This document shows positions 29,365 through 40,051 of a DNA stretch of 64,000 nt, piece after piece. Below the pieces are notes generated by a model. That model worked only from the letters and a program-made list of their open reading frames with translations. It made no database searches and was not told where the DNA came from. The translations under genes were made by a program, and so were the position numbers. Each line of letters opens with the position of its first letter. Positions within the stretch are counted from its first letter, which is position 1. The stretch covers positions 960,001-1,024,000 of the forward strand of contig CAVTRN010000002.1 in assembly GCA_963737155.1 (NCBI GenBank), written 5' to 3'. This stretch comes from Nitrospirota bacterium. Its GTDB lineage: Bacteria > Nitrospirota > UBA9217.

Positions 29365-29922
29365 ATGCGTTCCTTTATCGCTATAGAGATCCCCGATGAG
29401 ATCAAGAAGGGCCTGATTGAAGCGCAACATCGTATTAAAAGCTCGGGTGTGGATGCGAGCTGGCCGCGCCCGGAAGGCATGCATCTGACTCTCAAATTCA
29501 TGGGAGAGGTGCCGGAGGCCAGGATAACGGAGATCATGGACGGACTACGGCAGTCAGCGGCCGGGACCGCGCCGTTCAGGCTTGACGCCGGAGGCATCGG
29601 CGCCTTTCCCGGCCTCAGGAACGCACGCGTGGTATGGATCGGACTCTCTGGAGATACGGAGACGCTCGGGCGACTGCAAGCTGCGGTTGACGACGCCATG
29701 GCCCGTCTCGGAATGGATCGCGACAAACGGGCGTTCACCCCGCATCTGACCCTCGGCAGGATCAAGTATATCCGGTCCAGCGACCGATGGCTCAAGGGAT
29801 TGGATGAGATGAAAAACTTTCAACTGCCGGGATTCGATGTGACGTCGATTAGCCTGATGAAAAGCGAACTCAAACCATCGGGCGCGGTATATACAGAGAT
29901 GGGGAGAGTGGAATTGAAGTAA
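29365..29922 (+). CDS. thpR: RNA 2',3'-cyclic phosphodiesterase (2H family)
   Basis: MRSFIAI, HLTLKF and FTPHLTLGR (two HxT motifs). Confidence 0.93.
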   Translation: MRSFIAIEIPDEIKKGLIEAQHRIKSSGVDASWPRPEGMHLTLKFMGEVPEARITEIMDGLRQSAAGTAPFRLDAGGIGAFPGLRNARVVWIGLSGDTETLGRLQAAVDDAMARLGMDRDKRAFTPHLTLGRIKYIRSSDRWLKGLDEMKNFQLPGFDVTSISLMKSELKPSGAVYTEMGRVELK

Positions 29923-30038
29923 ATTCAGCGTACAAAGTTCAAAGTTTGGAATATGAGAGAATAAAGCACCGTGTACAGAGCAAAGCGAAAGCAGATTATA
30001 ATCAGGGATAGCCGCACGGCGGCGGAAGGAGAAGGAAC

Positions 30039-31157
30039 ATGGCGGACAAGGAAAAGTTAAAGGCGCTGGAGTTGGCCGTTAGCCAAATTGAAAAACAGTT
30101 CGGCAAGGGGTCCATCATGAGGCTGGGCCGGGAGGAGGTCCCTGCGGGAATCCCGGCGATTTCCACCGGCTCTCTGGGACTGGACATCGCCTTGGGTGTA
30201 GGCGGCGTACCGCGCGGCAGGATCATTGAAGTCTACGGGCCTGAATCATCGGGAAAGACGACGCTGACGCTCCACGTCATTGCCGAGGCGCAGAAAGCCG
30301 GCGGCCAGGCGGCCTTTATCGATGCCGAGCATGCGCTCGATGTGACATATGCGCGCAAACTCGGTGTGCGGACCGACGATCTGCTAATATCCCAGCCTGA
30401 TACCGGCGAACAGGCGCTTGAAATCACCGAGACGCTGGTGCGGAGCGGCGCCATCGATGTCATTGTTGTCGACTCCGTTGCGGCGCTTACGCCACGGGCC
30501 GAGATCGAGGGCGAGATGGGTGACGCGCACATGGGGCTTCAGGCACGGCTCATGAGCCAGGCACTCCGGAAGCTCACTGGCGCCATTAGCAAGTCCAATA
30601 CCACGCTTATATTCATCAACCAGATCCGCATGAAGATTGGCGTGATGTTCGGGAACCCCGAGACGACCACGGGCGGGAATGCCCTCAAGTTCTACGCATC
30701 GGTGAGACTCGATATCCGCAAGATCTCCGCCGTCAAGGAAGGCGACGACGTGACCGGTGGCAGGGTGAAGGTGAAGGTCGTGAAAAACAAGATCGCTCCG
30801 CCGTTCCGTTCCGCCGAATTTGATATAATGTTCAACGAAGGCATCTCCAAGCTCGGAGAGATCATCGATATCGGCGTTGAGAAAAATATTATCGAGAAGA
30901 GCGGGGCCTGGTTTTCCTACTCGGGGACGAGGATCGGCCAGGGCCGTGAGAACGTGAAGCAGTTCCTGCACGACCACGCGGACATGGCCGCGGAGATTGA
31001 AGCCAAGGTGCGCCAGGCAAATGGACTTCCGGGCACGGCTGCTCCCTCGGTCGCCGTCGATGAGGCGGCGAAGGAAAAAGAGAAGGAGGCCTCTGTTGTG
31101 GAGCGGCCTACAAAATCGACGAAGGGACAAAAAAGCGAAAAACATCTGGAGGCTTAG
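30039..31157 (+). CDS. recA: Recombinase A
   Basis: [37 protein letters not shown]. Confidence 0.99.
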   Translation: MADKEKLKALELAVSQIEKQFGKGSIMRLGREEVPAGIPAISTGSLGLDIALGVGGVPRGRIIEVYGPESSGKTTLTLHVIAEAQKAGGQAAFIDAEHALDVTYARKLGVRTDDLLISQPDTGEQALEITETLVRSGAIDVIVVDSVAALTPRAEIEGEMGDAHMGLQARLMSQALRKLTGAISKSNTTLIFINQIRMKIGVMFGNPETTTGGNALKFYASVRLDIRKISAVKEGDDVTGGRVKVKVVKNKIAPPFRSAEFDIMFNEGISKLGEIIDIGVEKNIIEKSGAWFSYSGTRIGQGRENVKQFLHDHADMAAEIEAKVRQANGLPGTAAPSVAVDEAAKEKEKEASVVERPTKSTKGQKSEKHLEA

Positions 31158-31203
31158 GTGAACTGCCCCGACCTTAGGGCCGGGGCCTGGGCACTGGTTA
31201 TAT

Positions 31204-32370
31204 ATGAATTTAAACGAACTGCTCAAGGTAACTTTTGAAAAAAAGGCTTCGGATCTGCATGTGAAGGTGGGGGTTCCGCCTATCCTGCGCATTGACGGCA
31301 GGCTCGTGCCGCTCGAAACGGAGAAGAGGACGACCCAGGAAGATGCGCTGAATGTCGCGCTCAGCATCATGAATGCTTCACAACGGGCCAGGTTCAAGGA
31401 AAAGAACGAGCTCGACATGGCCTATGTCGTGCCGGGGCTCGGCCGGTTTCGTGTGAGTATGTTCCAGCAGCGCGGGAGCGTTGGCATGGTTTTCCGGCAG
31501 GTCCCCTCCAAGATCGTGAACTTTGAGGATTTGATGATGCCGGTTGTGCTTCAGAAAATAGCCGGCGAGCAGCGCGGTCTCATCCTCGTTACCGGCACGA
31601 CGGGAAGCGGCAAGTCGACGACCCTTGCAGCGATGATCGATTACATCAACACCTCACGTACAGCGAATATCATCACAATCGAGGACCCGATAGAGTTTCT
31701 ACACCGGGACAAAAGGAGCATCGTGAACCAGCGGGAGATAGGCTCCGACACCTTCAGCTTCAGCGAAGCGCTCAGGAGCTCCCTACGCCAGGATCCGGAC
31801 GTCATTCTCGTGGGCGAAATGCGCGACTTCGAGACGATTTCAACGGCGCTCACTGCGGCGGAAACGGGGCACCTGGTTCTCTCCACGCTCCATACGCTGG
31901 ACGCGGCGGAAACGGTCAACCGCATCATCAACGTGTTCCCGCCCTATCAGCACAGGCAGGTGCGGATGCAACTCGCATCGGTGATCAAGGGCATCATATC
32001 CCAGCGCCTTGTTGTACGCGCCGATGGCAAGGGCCGCGTTCCGGCCGTGGAAGTCCTACTCGGCACGCTTTCGGTGCGCGAAGCCATTATCGACGATGCG
32101 AAAACACGCCAGATCCCCTCGATCATCGCCGCCGGCATCACCCATTACGGCATGCAGACCTTTGACCAGTCTCTTCTGATACTTTACAGAAAAGGCTACA
32201 TCACCTATGATGAGGCAATGCTGACGGCAAGCAATCCCGACGATTTCGCGCTCAAAGTCAAAGGCATTCAGTCCACCAGCGATATTGCCTTGGAAGACGA
32301 GGAGAAGCGCAAGACGGGTCCGAAGGCCGGGGGAGCCGAATTCAAAATCGACCGGTTCGGGGACAAGTAA
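31204..32370 (+). CDS. pilT: Type IV pilus retraction ATPase (PilT/PilU family)
   Basis: ASDLH, GTTGSGKST, TIEDPIE, LRQDPDVILVGEMRD, TLHT, GMQTFDQSL. Confidence 0.92.
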   Translation: MNLNELLKVTFEKKASDLHVKVGVPPILRIDGRLVPLETEKRTTQEDALNVALSIMNASQRARFKEKNELDMAYVVPGLGRFRVSMFQQRGSVGMVFRQVPSKIVNFEDLMMPVVLQKIAGEQRGLILVTGTTGSGKSTTLAAMIDYINTSRTANIITIEDPIEFLHRDKRSIVNQREIGSDTFSFSEALRSSLRQDPDVILVGEMRDFETISTALTAAETGHLVLSTLHTLDAAETVNRIINVFPPYQHRQVRMQLASVIKGIISQRLVVRADGKGRVPAVEVLLGTLSVREAIIDDAKTRQIPSIIAAGITHYGMQTFDQSLLILYRKGYITYDEAMLTASNPDDFALKVKGIQSTSDIALEDEEKRKTGPKAGGAEFKIDRFGDK

Positions 32371-32374
32371 AGAC

Positions 32375-32452
32375 GTGTTGATTGCGGATTTGAGGGAGAA
32401 GGAACTGGCGCGAACGAGGAACACTGTATATCGCCTGCTCACTTACCGGTAG
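32375..32452 (+). pseudogene. recX: Probable recX 5' remnant
   Basis: MLIADLREKELARTRNTVYRLLTYR* resembles the RecX N-terminal A..LL.YR.RS helix and sits at the recX position between pilT and alaS. Confidence 0.55.
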
Positions 32453-32554
32453 AGGCTCGTACTCTGCACGGGAATCACAAAACATTTAAACCCTCAAGGA
32501 GCTCAATCTGAGAACGTTGAGGCCCTGATCAGTCCTGTGGTTGGACCTCAATCT

Positions 32555-32580
32555 GGTGTTGAAAGCATTCTTTCAACACC
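32555..32580. terminator. Stem-loop between pilT and alaS
   Basis: GGTGTTGAAAG/CTTTCAACACC 11-bp inverted repeat. Confidence 0.45.
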
Positions 32581-32770
32581 GCGGAAACGGATTTCGCGTT
32601 ACTCGGTTCGTTTTCCTGAACCTGTTTCAAATCTATTGAATTCTTATGCCATTTCTGATATTTTTCTAAGCCATAAACTGCGGTATGGATGGTTTGACAA
32701 CTATTTCAATGCGGATTATAAAACTACGGTTACAAGTTCAGGATTAAAAAAGAGGAAAGGGATCATTATT

Positions 32771-35407
32771 TTGAAAGCCGGCGAATTGCGAAAGCTATTT
32801 CTCGATTATTTCTCCCAGCGGGGGCACAAGATCGTGCCGAGTGCGTCTCTTGTGCCTAAAAACGACCCGACGCTGCTGTTCACCAATGCGGGCATGGTCC
32901 AATTCAAGGGGGTTTTCCTTGGAGAAGACGTTCGCGACTACAAGCGCGCAACGACGTCGCAGAAGTGCGTTCGTGCCGGGGGCAAACACAACGACCTGGA
33001 CAACGTGGGCCACACGGCCCGGCACCATACGTTTTTCGAAATGCTCGGCAATTTTTCCTTCGGCGATTATTTCAAAAAAGACGCCATCGCCTATGCCTGG
33101 GAGTTTCTTACCGAGCAGGTGAAACTGCCGAAGGAAAAGCTTTGGGTCACGATCTATAAGGATGACGATGAGGCGTTTGAACTCTGGCAGCAGGTAGCAG
33201 GGGTATCGTCCGACCGCATCGTACGGCTTGGGGAAAAGGACAATTTCTGGTCCATGGGAGATACCGGCCCCTGCGGGCCCTGCTCCGAAATCATCATTGA
33301 CCAGGGAGAGGAAATCTCGTGCGGCAAGCCGGGATGCGCCGTGGGCTGCGACTGCGACCGGTACCTCGAAATATGGAACCTCGTATTCATGCAATACAAC
33401 CGCGACGAGACGGGCAAGCTTACGCCGCTTCCGAAGCCGAGCATCGACACGGGCATGGGTCTTGAGCGGCTTTCCTCGGTCTGCCAGAAAGTGAAGACGA
33501 ATTTCGAGACCGACCTGTTTCAGCCCATTATCAAACAGATTGCCGCCATTGCCGGCGTACCTTACCATCAGGACGAACAGACGGATATCTCCTACCAGGT
33601 CTGCGCTGACCATCTCCGGGCCATGACCTTCCTCATCTCGGACGGGGTGCTGCCGTCGAATGAAGGAAGGGGCTATGTACTGCGCCGGATTATCCGCAGG
33701 GCAAGCCGATATGGCAGGTTGATCGGCATTACGAAGCCCTTCCTGTACAGGCTCACCGGCGTGGTGACCGACGAGATGCGCGAGGCCTATCCGGAGCTTG
33801 TGGATGCCCGCGAGCACGTTGCTAAAGTCGTCTTGCTCGAGGAAGAACGGTTCGGCGCCACGCTCGATTCGGGAATGGCGCTTCTGAACGAGGCGGTCAG
33901 TAAAGTCAGAGCTACCGGCAAAAACATGATACCCGGAGATGTTCTGTTCAAACTCTACGACACCTTCGGTTTCCCCCTCGACCTTGTGGTTGATATGGCG
34001 CGGGACCTTCATCTAGAGCTCGATGAGGAGGGTTACCGCAAGGCCATGCAGGAGCAGCGGGACAAGGCGCGGGCGGCCTGGTCCGGTTCCGGTGAAGAAA
34101 AAATCAAACCTGTCTACAAAGAGGTCGCCAGTCGCGTGAGGAAGACGGTCTTTACCGGTTATGAAAAGCTAGAAGGAACCGGAGAGGTAATGGCAATCAT
34201 CAAAGGCGATGCGGTGGTGAACGAAGCACGTGAGGGCGACGAAGTGGAAATAATCCTTGATCAAACTCCATTCTACGCCGAATCGGGAGGGCAGGTCGGG
34301 GACAGGGGAGAACTCCTGGGCGAGGCGGCGAAATTCACTGTTCTGGATACAGTCAAGCCCGTGGAGGGTCTCGTCGTCCACGAGGGGAAGGTAAAAAAAG
34401 GCGGCTTCAAGACAGGCGATGCAGTGCTTGCGAAAGTCGAGGCCGAAGACCGCATGGACACGGTCCGGCACCACACAGTGACTCACATTCTCCATGCGAC
34501 GCTGCGGTCGGTCCTGGGCGAGCACGTGAAGCAGGCCGGTTCGCTTGTCTCACCGGAACGGTTGCGGTTCGATTTCACGCATTACACGGCGCTCACGGAA
34601 CGGGAACGTGAAAGAGTTGAGGAACTGGTAAATGAGCGTGTTTTCGAGAACCACCCTGTTGAAACGGCGGTCATGGATATCGACCAGGCAATCGCAACAG
34701 GGGCCATGGCGCTCTTTGATGAAAAATATGGCGATAAGGTGCGGGTTGTGACGGTGAAGGATGTGAGCAAGGAGCTCTGCGGGGGCACCCATGCGACGGC
34801 ATCGGGCGACATCGGGCTGTTCAAGATCGTGTCCGAAGTCGGGATAGCGGCGGGTGTGCGCAGGATCGAGGCGCTGGCCGGGCGCCGTGCCTATCTGGCG
34901 GTGCGGAAGGACGAACAGAGCCTCCAGGAGATCAGCCGGCTGCTCAAGGCGTCCGATCCGGACGTTGTTGGCAAAGTAGAGCGGGTCTTGAACCAGCTAA
35001 AAGACGCTGAGAAGGAGCTGGACAAACTCAAACACAAGCTCCAGTCGTCACAGGCCAGCGATGTGATATCCGGGGCCCGGGACATCAACGGCGTAAAGGC
35101 GTTGGCGAAGCGCGCCGACGGCATGGACCCCCGGGACCTTCGGGACTTCGGCGATAAGCTCAGGGACAAGATCGGTTCTGGGGTCCTGGCGCTGGGGTCG
35201 GTTAAGGACAACAAGGTGAGTCTCATCATAATGGTAACCAAAGACCTGACAAACCGGTTTCATGCAGGCAAGATTATCAAGGAAATGGCGCTGATTCTCG
35301 GCGGAACGGGGGGTGGCAAACCCGATCTGGCCCAGTCCGGGGGAAAGGACCCTGCCAAATTGGATGCGGCTCTCGATGCGTTCTATGCTATAATAAAGAA
35401 AATATAA
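32771..35407 (+). CDS. alaS: Alanine-tRNA ligase
   Basis: DPTLLFTNAGM, HHTFFEMLGNFS, ELCGGTH, GGGKP. TTG start at 32771 follows a purine-rich RBS, with TTGACA-N17-TATAAA at 32694. Confidence 0.98.
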   Translation: MKAGELRKLFLDYFSQRGHKIVPSASLVPKNDPTLLFTNAGMVQFKGVFLGEDVRDYKRATTSQKCVRAGGKHNDLDNVGHTARHHTFFEMLGNFSFGDYFKKDAIAYAWEFLTEQVKLPKEKLWVTIYKDDDEAFELWQQVAGVSSDRIVRLGEKDNFWSMGDTGPCGPCSEIIIDQGEEISCGKPGCAVGCDCDRYLEIWNLVFMQYNRDETGKLTPLPKPSIDTGMGLERLSSVCQKVKTNFETDLFQPIIKQIAAIAGVPYHQDEQTDISYQVCADHLRAMTFLISDGVLPSNEGRGYVLRRIIRRASRYGRLIGITKPFLYRLTGVVTDEMREAYPELVDAREHVAKVVLLEEERFGATLDSGMALLNEAVSKVRATGKNMIPGDVLFKLYDTFGFPLDLVVDMARDLHLELDEEGYRKAMQEQRDKARAAWSGSGEEKIKPVYKEVASRVRKTVFTGYEKLEGTGEVMAIIKGDAVVNEAREGDEVEIILDQTPFYAESGGQVGDRGELLGEAAKFTVLDTVKPVEGLVVHEGKVKKGGFKTGDAVLAKVEAEDRMDTVRHHTVTHILHATLRSVLGEHVKQAGSLVSPERLRFDFTHYTALTERERERVEELVNERVFENHPVETAVMDIDQAIATGAMALFDEKYGDKVRVVTVKDVSKELCGGTHATASGDIGLFKIVSEVGIAAGVRRIEALAGRRAYLAVRKDEQSLQEISRLLKASDPDVVGKVERVLNQLKDAEKELDKLKHKLQSSQASDVISGARDINGVKALAKRADGMDPRDLRDFGDKLRDKIGSGVLALGSVKDNKVSLIIMVTKDLTNRFHAGKIIKEMALILGGTGGGKPDLAQSGGKDPAKLDAALDAFYAIIKKI

Positions 35408-35456
35408 AAACCTATGCAGTAAACGGTGAAGGATAACACAAACTAAGGAGGCAATC

Positions 35457-35777
35457 ATGATGGTTTCAGACGTCATCAAGAAGGCTATGCTGGTGGGGCT
35501 GGGAGCGCAGGAAAAGGCAAAGGAATTCATCGATGAACTGGTGAAGGCAGGGGAGCTTTCCAAGGGCGAAGGTGCCACGCTTGTCAAAGAATGGGTCACC
35601 AAGGCTGAGGAAAGCACCAAGGACATGGACCACAAGGTCAAGGACGCGATATCCGCCGCCTTTGAAAAGCTGAACATCCCGAATCGCGACGATCTTGTCA
35701 GTCTGGAAAAAAAGGTCCAATCCCTCTCCGCGAGGCTTGCAAAGCTGGAGGGAGTAGACAAAAAGGACGCGGATTAA
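35457..35777 (+). CDS. Phasin-like / PHA granule-associated family protein
   Basis: KKAMLVGLGA, IDELVKAGEL, KLNIPNRDDL; upstream of an ubiB-like gene. Confidence 0.8.
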   Translation: MMVSDVIKKAMLVGLGAQEKAKEFIDELVKAGELSKGEGATLVKEWVTKAEESTKDMDHKVKDAISAAFEKLNIPNRDDLVSLEKKVQSLSARLAKLEGVDKKDAD

Positions 35778-35798
35778 GATAGCATCCTACGTGCACCT

Positions 35799-37505
35799 AT
35801 GTCGCCTATCGGGTTTGGGAGAAGAAATATCCGGGACATCCCGCGTATCGGCCGGATCATCGCGGTCGCGTCCCGCCACGGGTTTGGCCATCTTGTAGAG
35901 CAGCTTGGATTGCAGCGTTTTTTCTCTCTGGGGAGGCGCATTCTTACCTTTAAGAAGCCGCCGTCCCTGGCTCACCACATCGGAACCCCGGAACGTCTTC
36001 GGTTGATGTTCGAAGACTTGGGGCCTACCTTCATAAAATTCGGGCAGGTGCTGGCGTGCAGGCCGGACATGATGCCTATCGAGTATTCTCGAGAATTTCT
36101 CAAACTGACGGACTCAGTCGTGCCTTTTCCATCCCTGGAAGCCAGAAAGATAATTGAGGAAGAGCTCAAGGCGCCGATCAGTAGTGTCTACGCATTCTTC
36201 GACGATATTCCGGTTGCTGCCGCGTCGATCGCCCAGGTTCACCGGGCAACGCTTCTCGACGGTAGCGAGGTCATGGTCAAGGTCCAGCGACCGAACATTG
36301 ACCGCATGATCTACCGCGACGTCAGCATCATGCGCTGGCTTGCCGAACTCATGGAATCGCGCATCCCCGAACTGGCTCCCTACAACATGCCGGGGATTGT
36401 CAACGAATTCGCGCGCACTATCAAGCGAGAGCTCGATTTTTTTATCGAGGCTTCAAGCGCCATTCAGCTGAGGAAAAATTTCGAGCACAGTAGGGTCCTC
36501 TTCGTACCGAAGGTCTACACGGACCTTTCGAGCAAACGCGTCCTCGTTCTGGAAAAAGTCGAAGGCATCCGCATTGACGAATATGCTCGTCTTGACCGAG
36601 AGGGATTCAGCCGAAAGGAGCTGGCTCTGAAGGGCGGCGAGGCTTTTTTCAAAATGGTTCTGAAGGACGGTTTCTTCCACGCAGATCCTCATCCGGGGAA
36701 CATATTCGTGCTCGCTGACGGCAGGCTGGGCCTCGTCGATTTCGGTATCATGGGGCGGGTCACCGAGGAGAATATGGAGCGCTTTGCATCAATTTTCCTC
36801 GCCCTTGCGAACCACGATTACGATGCGCTCGTCCGGCAATATGTGGAGCTCGGGTTCGTGTCCGAGACGACCGTGGACATCGAGCAGTTCCAGCGAGAGA
36901 TGAAGGAGGATCTCATCGAATTGCTGGAACCCTACTATATCATGCAGGTAAAGCAGATAGACTTCGGCGCCTATATTGACAGCGTCACTCGCATTCTTCT
37001 CCGGCACCACCTCAAACTGCCGTCGAACCTTTATCTGATGGACAAATCGCTTATAACCCTTGAGGGTATTTTGAAGCAGCTTGACCCGGAGTTCAATTAT
37101 TTCGAGGCGGCAAAGCCCTACGTGGCGGAGCTTGTGCGCCGCAAATTAAATCCGCTGCGCACCGCCGAGAACTTCAGGAAAAACATGGAAGAGTTCGCCG
37201 ATGCCTTTGCGCTCCTCCCCAAACAGATGAAAGCGACGTACAGAAAATTCATGCATGGCGACATCCGGGTCACTGTTCACCACGAGGAACTCGGTCGTCT
37301 TATCACGGATATCGATAAATCGAGCAACCGTATTGCGTTCAGCGTCCTCACCGCCTCAATCATCGTGGCATCATCCATCATTATTCATTCAGCCCGCGGG
37401 CCACTGCTTTTTGGCTTGCCAGTATTCGGCCTGATAGGGTATGTTATAGCAGCTCTCCTAGGCTTCTGGATCCTGGTCGGGATCCTGCGCTCTGGACAGC
37501 TCTGA
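35799..37505 (+). CDS. ubiB: AarF/UbiB/ABC1 atypical kinase family protein
   Basis: LGPTFIKFGQ, AAASIAQVH, VKVQRP, FFHADPHPGN, DFG. Confidence 0.9.
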   Translation: MSPIGFGRRNIRDIPRIGRIIAVASRHGFGHLVEQLGLQRFFSLGRRILTFKKPPSLAHHIGTPERLRLMFEDLGPTFIKFGQVLACRPDMMPIEYSREFLKLTDSVVPFPSLEARKIIEEELKAPISSVYAFFDDIPVAAASIAQVHRATLLDGSEVMVKVQRPNIDRMIYRDVSIMRWLAELMESRIPELAPYNMPGIVNEFARTIKRELDFFIEASSAIQLRKNFEHSRVLFVPKVYTDLSSKRVLVLEKVEGIRIDEYARLDREGFSRKELALKGGEAFFKMVLKDGFFHADPHPGNIFVLADGRLGLVDFGIMGRVTEENMERFASIFLALANHDYDALVRQYVELGFVSETTVDIEQFQREMKEDLIELLEPYYIMQVKQIDFGAYIDSVTRILLRHHLKLPSNLYLMDKSLITLEGILKQLDPEFNYFEAAKPYVAELVRRKLNPLRTAENFRKNMEEFADAFALLPKQMKATYRKFMHGDIRVTVHHEELGRLITDIDKSSNRIAFSVLTASIIVASSIIIHSARGPLLFGLPVFGLIGYVIAALLGFWILVGILRSGQL

Positions 37506-37532
37506 AGTGGAATCCGGATCGCGGGGTCATGC

Positions 37533-38594
37533 ATGCAAGGAGCAGTAAAAAAAGGGTTGAGAAAAGTTACTTGGTGGATGTTCTTGATCGCCACGTTGAC
37601 GTTTTTCGTCGTTATACATTTCTACATAGCGCTCTTCGTCCCTCCATCGAAAGAGAAGGTCTGGAAGGAAATTCAGGTTACCGAAGGCATGAGCTTCAAG
37701 GCCATCTCGGCCGAGCTCCAGAAGGAAGGCCTCATCCGTTACCGAGGCTATTTTGAGCTTATCGGCAGGTTTGAGGGTATCAGCCGCAAGGTGCGCATGG
37801 GCTACTATGGCCTAAGCACGAATATGACCCTCTGGGAAGTGCTCGATTCATTGCGCAAGGGAAAGATCATCGAGTACGAGATCGTGATTCCCGAGGGGTA
37901 TAATCTGTACCAGATCGGATGGACGCTTTCCAATACGCCCCTGCTTTCCGATCCGCAGGATTTCATTAACCTGGTGAAGGATAAAAAATATGTACATTCA
38001 CTCGGCATCGAGGCAGACACCCTCGAAGGATATTTGTTTCCGGACACTTATTATCTGCCCAAGGGCATAAAGCTCGAGGATATACCGAAGAAAATGGTTC
38101 AAAGATACAAGGCGGTTTTCACAGACAGCCTCCGGGATCGCGCAAAGGAACTTGGGTTTACCGAACACCAGATAATCACGCTGGCTTCCATCGTGGAAAA
38201 AGAAGCCAAAGTGGAGTCGGAACGGACGCTGATTGCCGCCGTTTACATGAACCGGCTCAAGAAGGGGATGAAACTCCAAGCAGATCCGACCACCGTATAT
38301 GGCACCAAGGCGTGGATCACGAAGGTCACTTTCCAGGACCTGAAGCGTCGGTCGCCCTATAATACCTATCTTCACAAGGGACTTCCGCCGGGACCGATCG
38401 CGAACCCCGGCGAAGGAGCGATTCTTGCCTCGCTCTATCCTGACAAGGTGGACTACCTTTTCTTCGTTGCCCAGGGCGACGGCAGCCATTATTTCTCGAA
38501 GGATTTCAAATCCCACGAAAAAGCCATTAGCAGGTATCGTTCGAACAGGAAAAAAGCGCAACAGCAGACTCTGGAAAATGTGGAACGGGAGTAA
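37533..38594 (+). CDS. mltG: Endolytic transglycosylase MltG
   Basis: IPEG, LEGYLFPDTY, LASIVEKE, LQADPT, SPYNTY, GLPPGPI. Confidence 0.96.
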   Translation: MQGAVKKGLRKVTWWMFLIATLTFFVVIHFYIALFVPPSKEKVWKEIQVTEGMSFKAISAELQKEGLIRYRGYFELIGRFEGISRKVRMGYYGLSTNMTLWEVLDSLRKGKIIEYEIVIPEGYNLYQIGWTLSNTPLLSDPQDFINLVKDKKYVHSLGIEADTLEGYLFPDTYYLPKGIKLEDIPKKMVQRYKAVFTDSLRDRAKELGFTEHQIITLASIVEKEAKVESERTLIAAVYMNRLKKGMKLQADPTTVYGTKAWITKVTFQDLKRRSPYNTYLHKGLPPGPIANPGEGAILASLYPDKVDYLFFVAQGDGSHYFSKDFKSHEKAISRYRSNRKKAQQQTLENVERE

Positions 38595-38595
38595 A

Positions 38596-39000
38596 CTATT
38601 CTATCAGTACGGTGAAATCCGAGAATTCGCGAAAAGACTTTATCGTGTCTTTCAGCCCTGTCTTGCCGAATTTCCCGTACGCCATCGAATCGTCGTATAG
38701 TTTGATAGATTTTTGCTTTCTATCGATGACAAACTTTCCTCCTCCCGCTACGATCCAATCGTGGTCATAAATATCATATCGCTTTCTTTCCGAATCGTAG
38801 CTCCCGTCAATCCCTTTATCGAGGCAAAACCGCTCAACAATGTTTGAGTGATACTTTGACAATTCCCCGGGCGAGAACACAAGATAGAGAGTGTTCCCTT
38901 TCCTGATCTGAACAAACTTGCCGGTGATTATCGGTGGGGCAGGCACTTTGGACAGGGATGTGTAGTAGAAGAGAATGTAATCTACGAGCGTGACAACCAT
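38596..39000 (-). CDS. Hypothetical protein
   Basis: ATG at 39000 preceded by GGAGG; globular-looking 134 aa. Confidence 0.65.
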   Translation of the reverse strand: MVVTLVDYILFYYTSLSKVPAPPIITGKFVQIRKGNTLYLVFSPGELSKYHSNIVERFCLDKGIDGSYDSERKRYDIYDHDWIVAGGGKFVIDRKQKSIKLYDDSMAYGKFGKTGLKDTIKSFREFSDFTVLIE

Positions 39001-39142
39001 GGCTTTTAACCTCCGCTTACTTTCCTGAAATGGAAACCATCGAGGCGAGCCGGAAGATAGCTGCTTATTAGAAAACCCGGAGTGTCTTATCAGCGACAGA
39101 TCATGAGACGAGTACAATCCTCAGTGACTCACTGAGAGCATC

Positions 39143-39997
39143 CTATTCCCGCTGTCTCGGATCGAGCGCATCGCGGATGCCTTCGCCGAGAAGGTTATAA
39201 CCGAGCACAGTGACCAGGATCGCGAGACCGGGGAATAGGGACAGCCACCAGGCAATCTCGATATTGTCCTTACCTGACGAGAGGAGGCTGCCCCAACTCG
39301 GCGTGGGGGGCTGGACGCCCAGGCCGAGGAAACTCAACGCCGACTCGATGAGGATCGCGCCGCCGATCCCCATGGTCGCGGATACGAGAATGGGGGAGAG
39401 CCCGTTTGGAAGAACATGCTTCACGATTATTCTGGCGTCCTTTGCTCCGAGGGCATGCGCAGCAATCACGAACTCGCGCTCCTTGAGGGAGATGAATTCG
39501 GCCCTGATCAGGCGCGCCGGCTCCATCCAGCTGGTGAGCCCGATGACGACCATGATATTGACGATGTTTGGTTCAAGGATGGCGATTACCGCAAGGACAA
39601 GGAATATGGTGGGAATGCTCAGCATGATGTCTACGGCCCTCATGATGCTGCTGTCCACCCACCCGCCATAATATCCGGCGATCGCGCCGAGGATAACGCC
39701 GATGATGGTTGCGATGCCCACGGCTATGAAGCCCACTTCCAGTGAGATCCTTCCGCCCCAGAGCATACGCGAGAGCACATCCCGTCCGAGGTCGTCGGTA
39801 CCGAGTATATGGGAGAAGCTGGGGCCGACGAGGATATTTTTGATGTCGATTGTGTCCGGATTATACGGCGCAATCCAGGGCGCGAGCAGGGACAGCGCGA
39901 AAACGAGCAGCACAAGGCTTCCGCCGCTGACCGCGAACTTGTTCTTCATGAGGTAGTGAAATGTCCGGGATGAGAAAGACTCGGTGTTTGACATCAT
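39143..39997 (-). CDS. Peptide/nickel ABC transporter permease (OppC/DppC-like)
   Basis: HILGTDDLGRD, EAA-loop EFVIAAHALGA, ESALSFLGLG. Confidence 0.93.
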   Translation of the reverse strand: MMSNTESFSSRTFHYLMKNKFAVSGGSLVLLVFALSLLAPWIAPYNPDTIDIKNILVGPSFSHILGTDDLGRDVLSRMLWGGRISLEVGFIAVGIATIIGVILGAIAGYYGGWVDSSIMRAVDIMLSIPTIFLVLAVIAILEPNIVNIMVVIGLTSWMEPARLIRAEFISLKEREFVIAAHALGAKDARIIVKHVLPNGLSPILVSATMGIGGAILIESALSFLGLGVQPPTPSWGSLLSSGKDNIEIAWWLSLFPGLAILVTVLGYNLLGEGIRDALDPRQRE

Positions 39998-40051
39998 CGA
40001 TTCCGCCTATTCATTCTTTTCTGCGCCACGGAACTCAAGCCTCTGGTTCTG

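Noticed and set aside
32537-32770. 78-aa N-terminal extension of AlaRS, or a T-box leader
   Set aside because: Homology starts at TTG 32771, which has its own RBS and promoter; no T-box consensus seen
28446-34012. Long antisense ORFs (28446-29276, 30384-31418, 32795-34012)
   Set aside because: They overlap cinA, recA/pilT and alaS on the opposite strand and carry no motifs; typical GC-rich shadows
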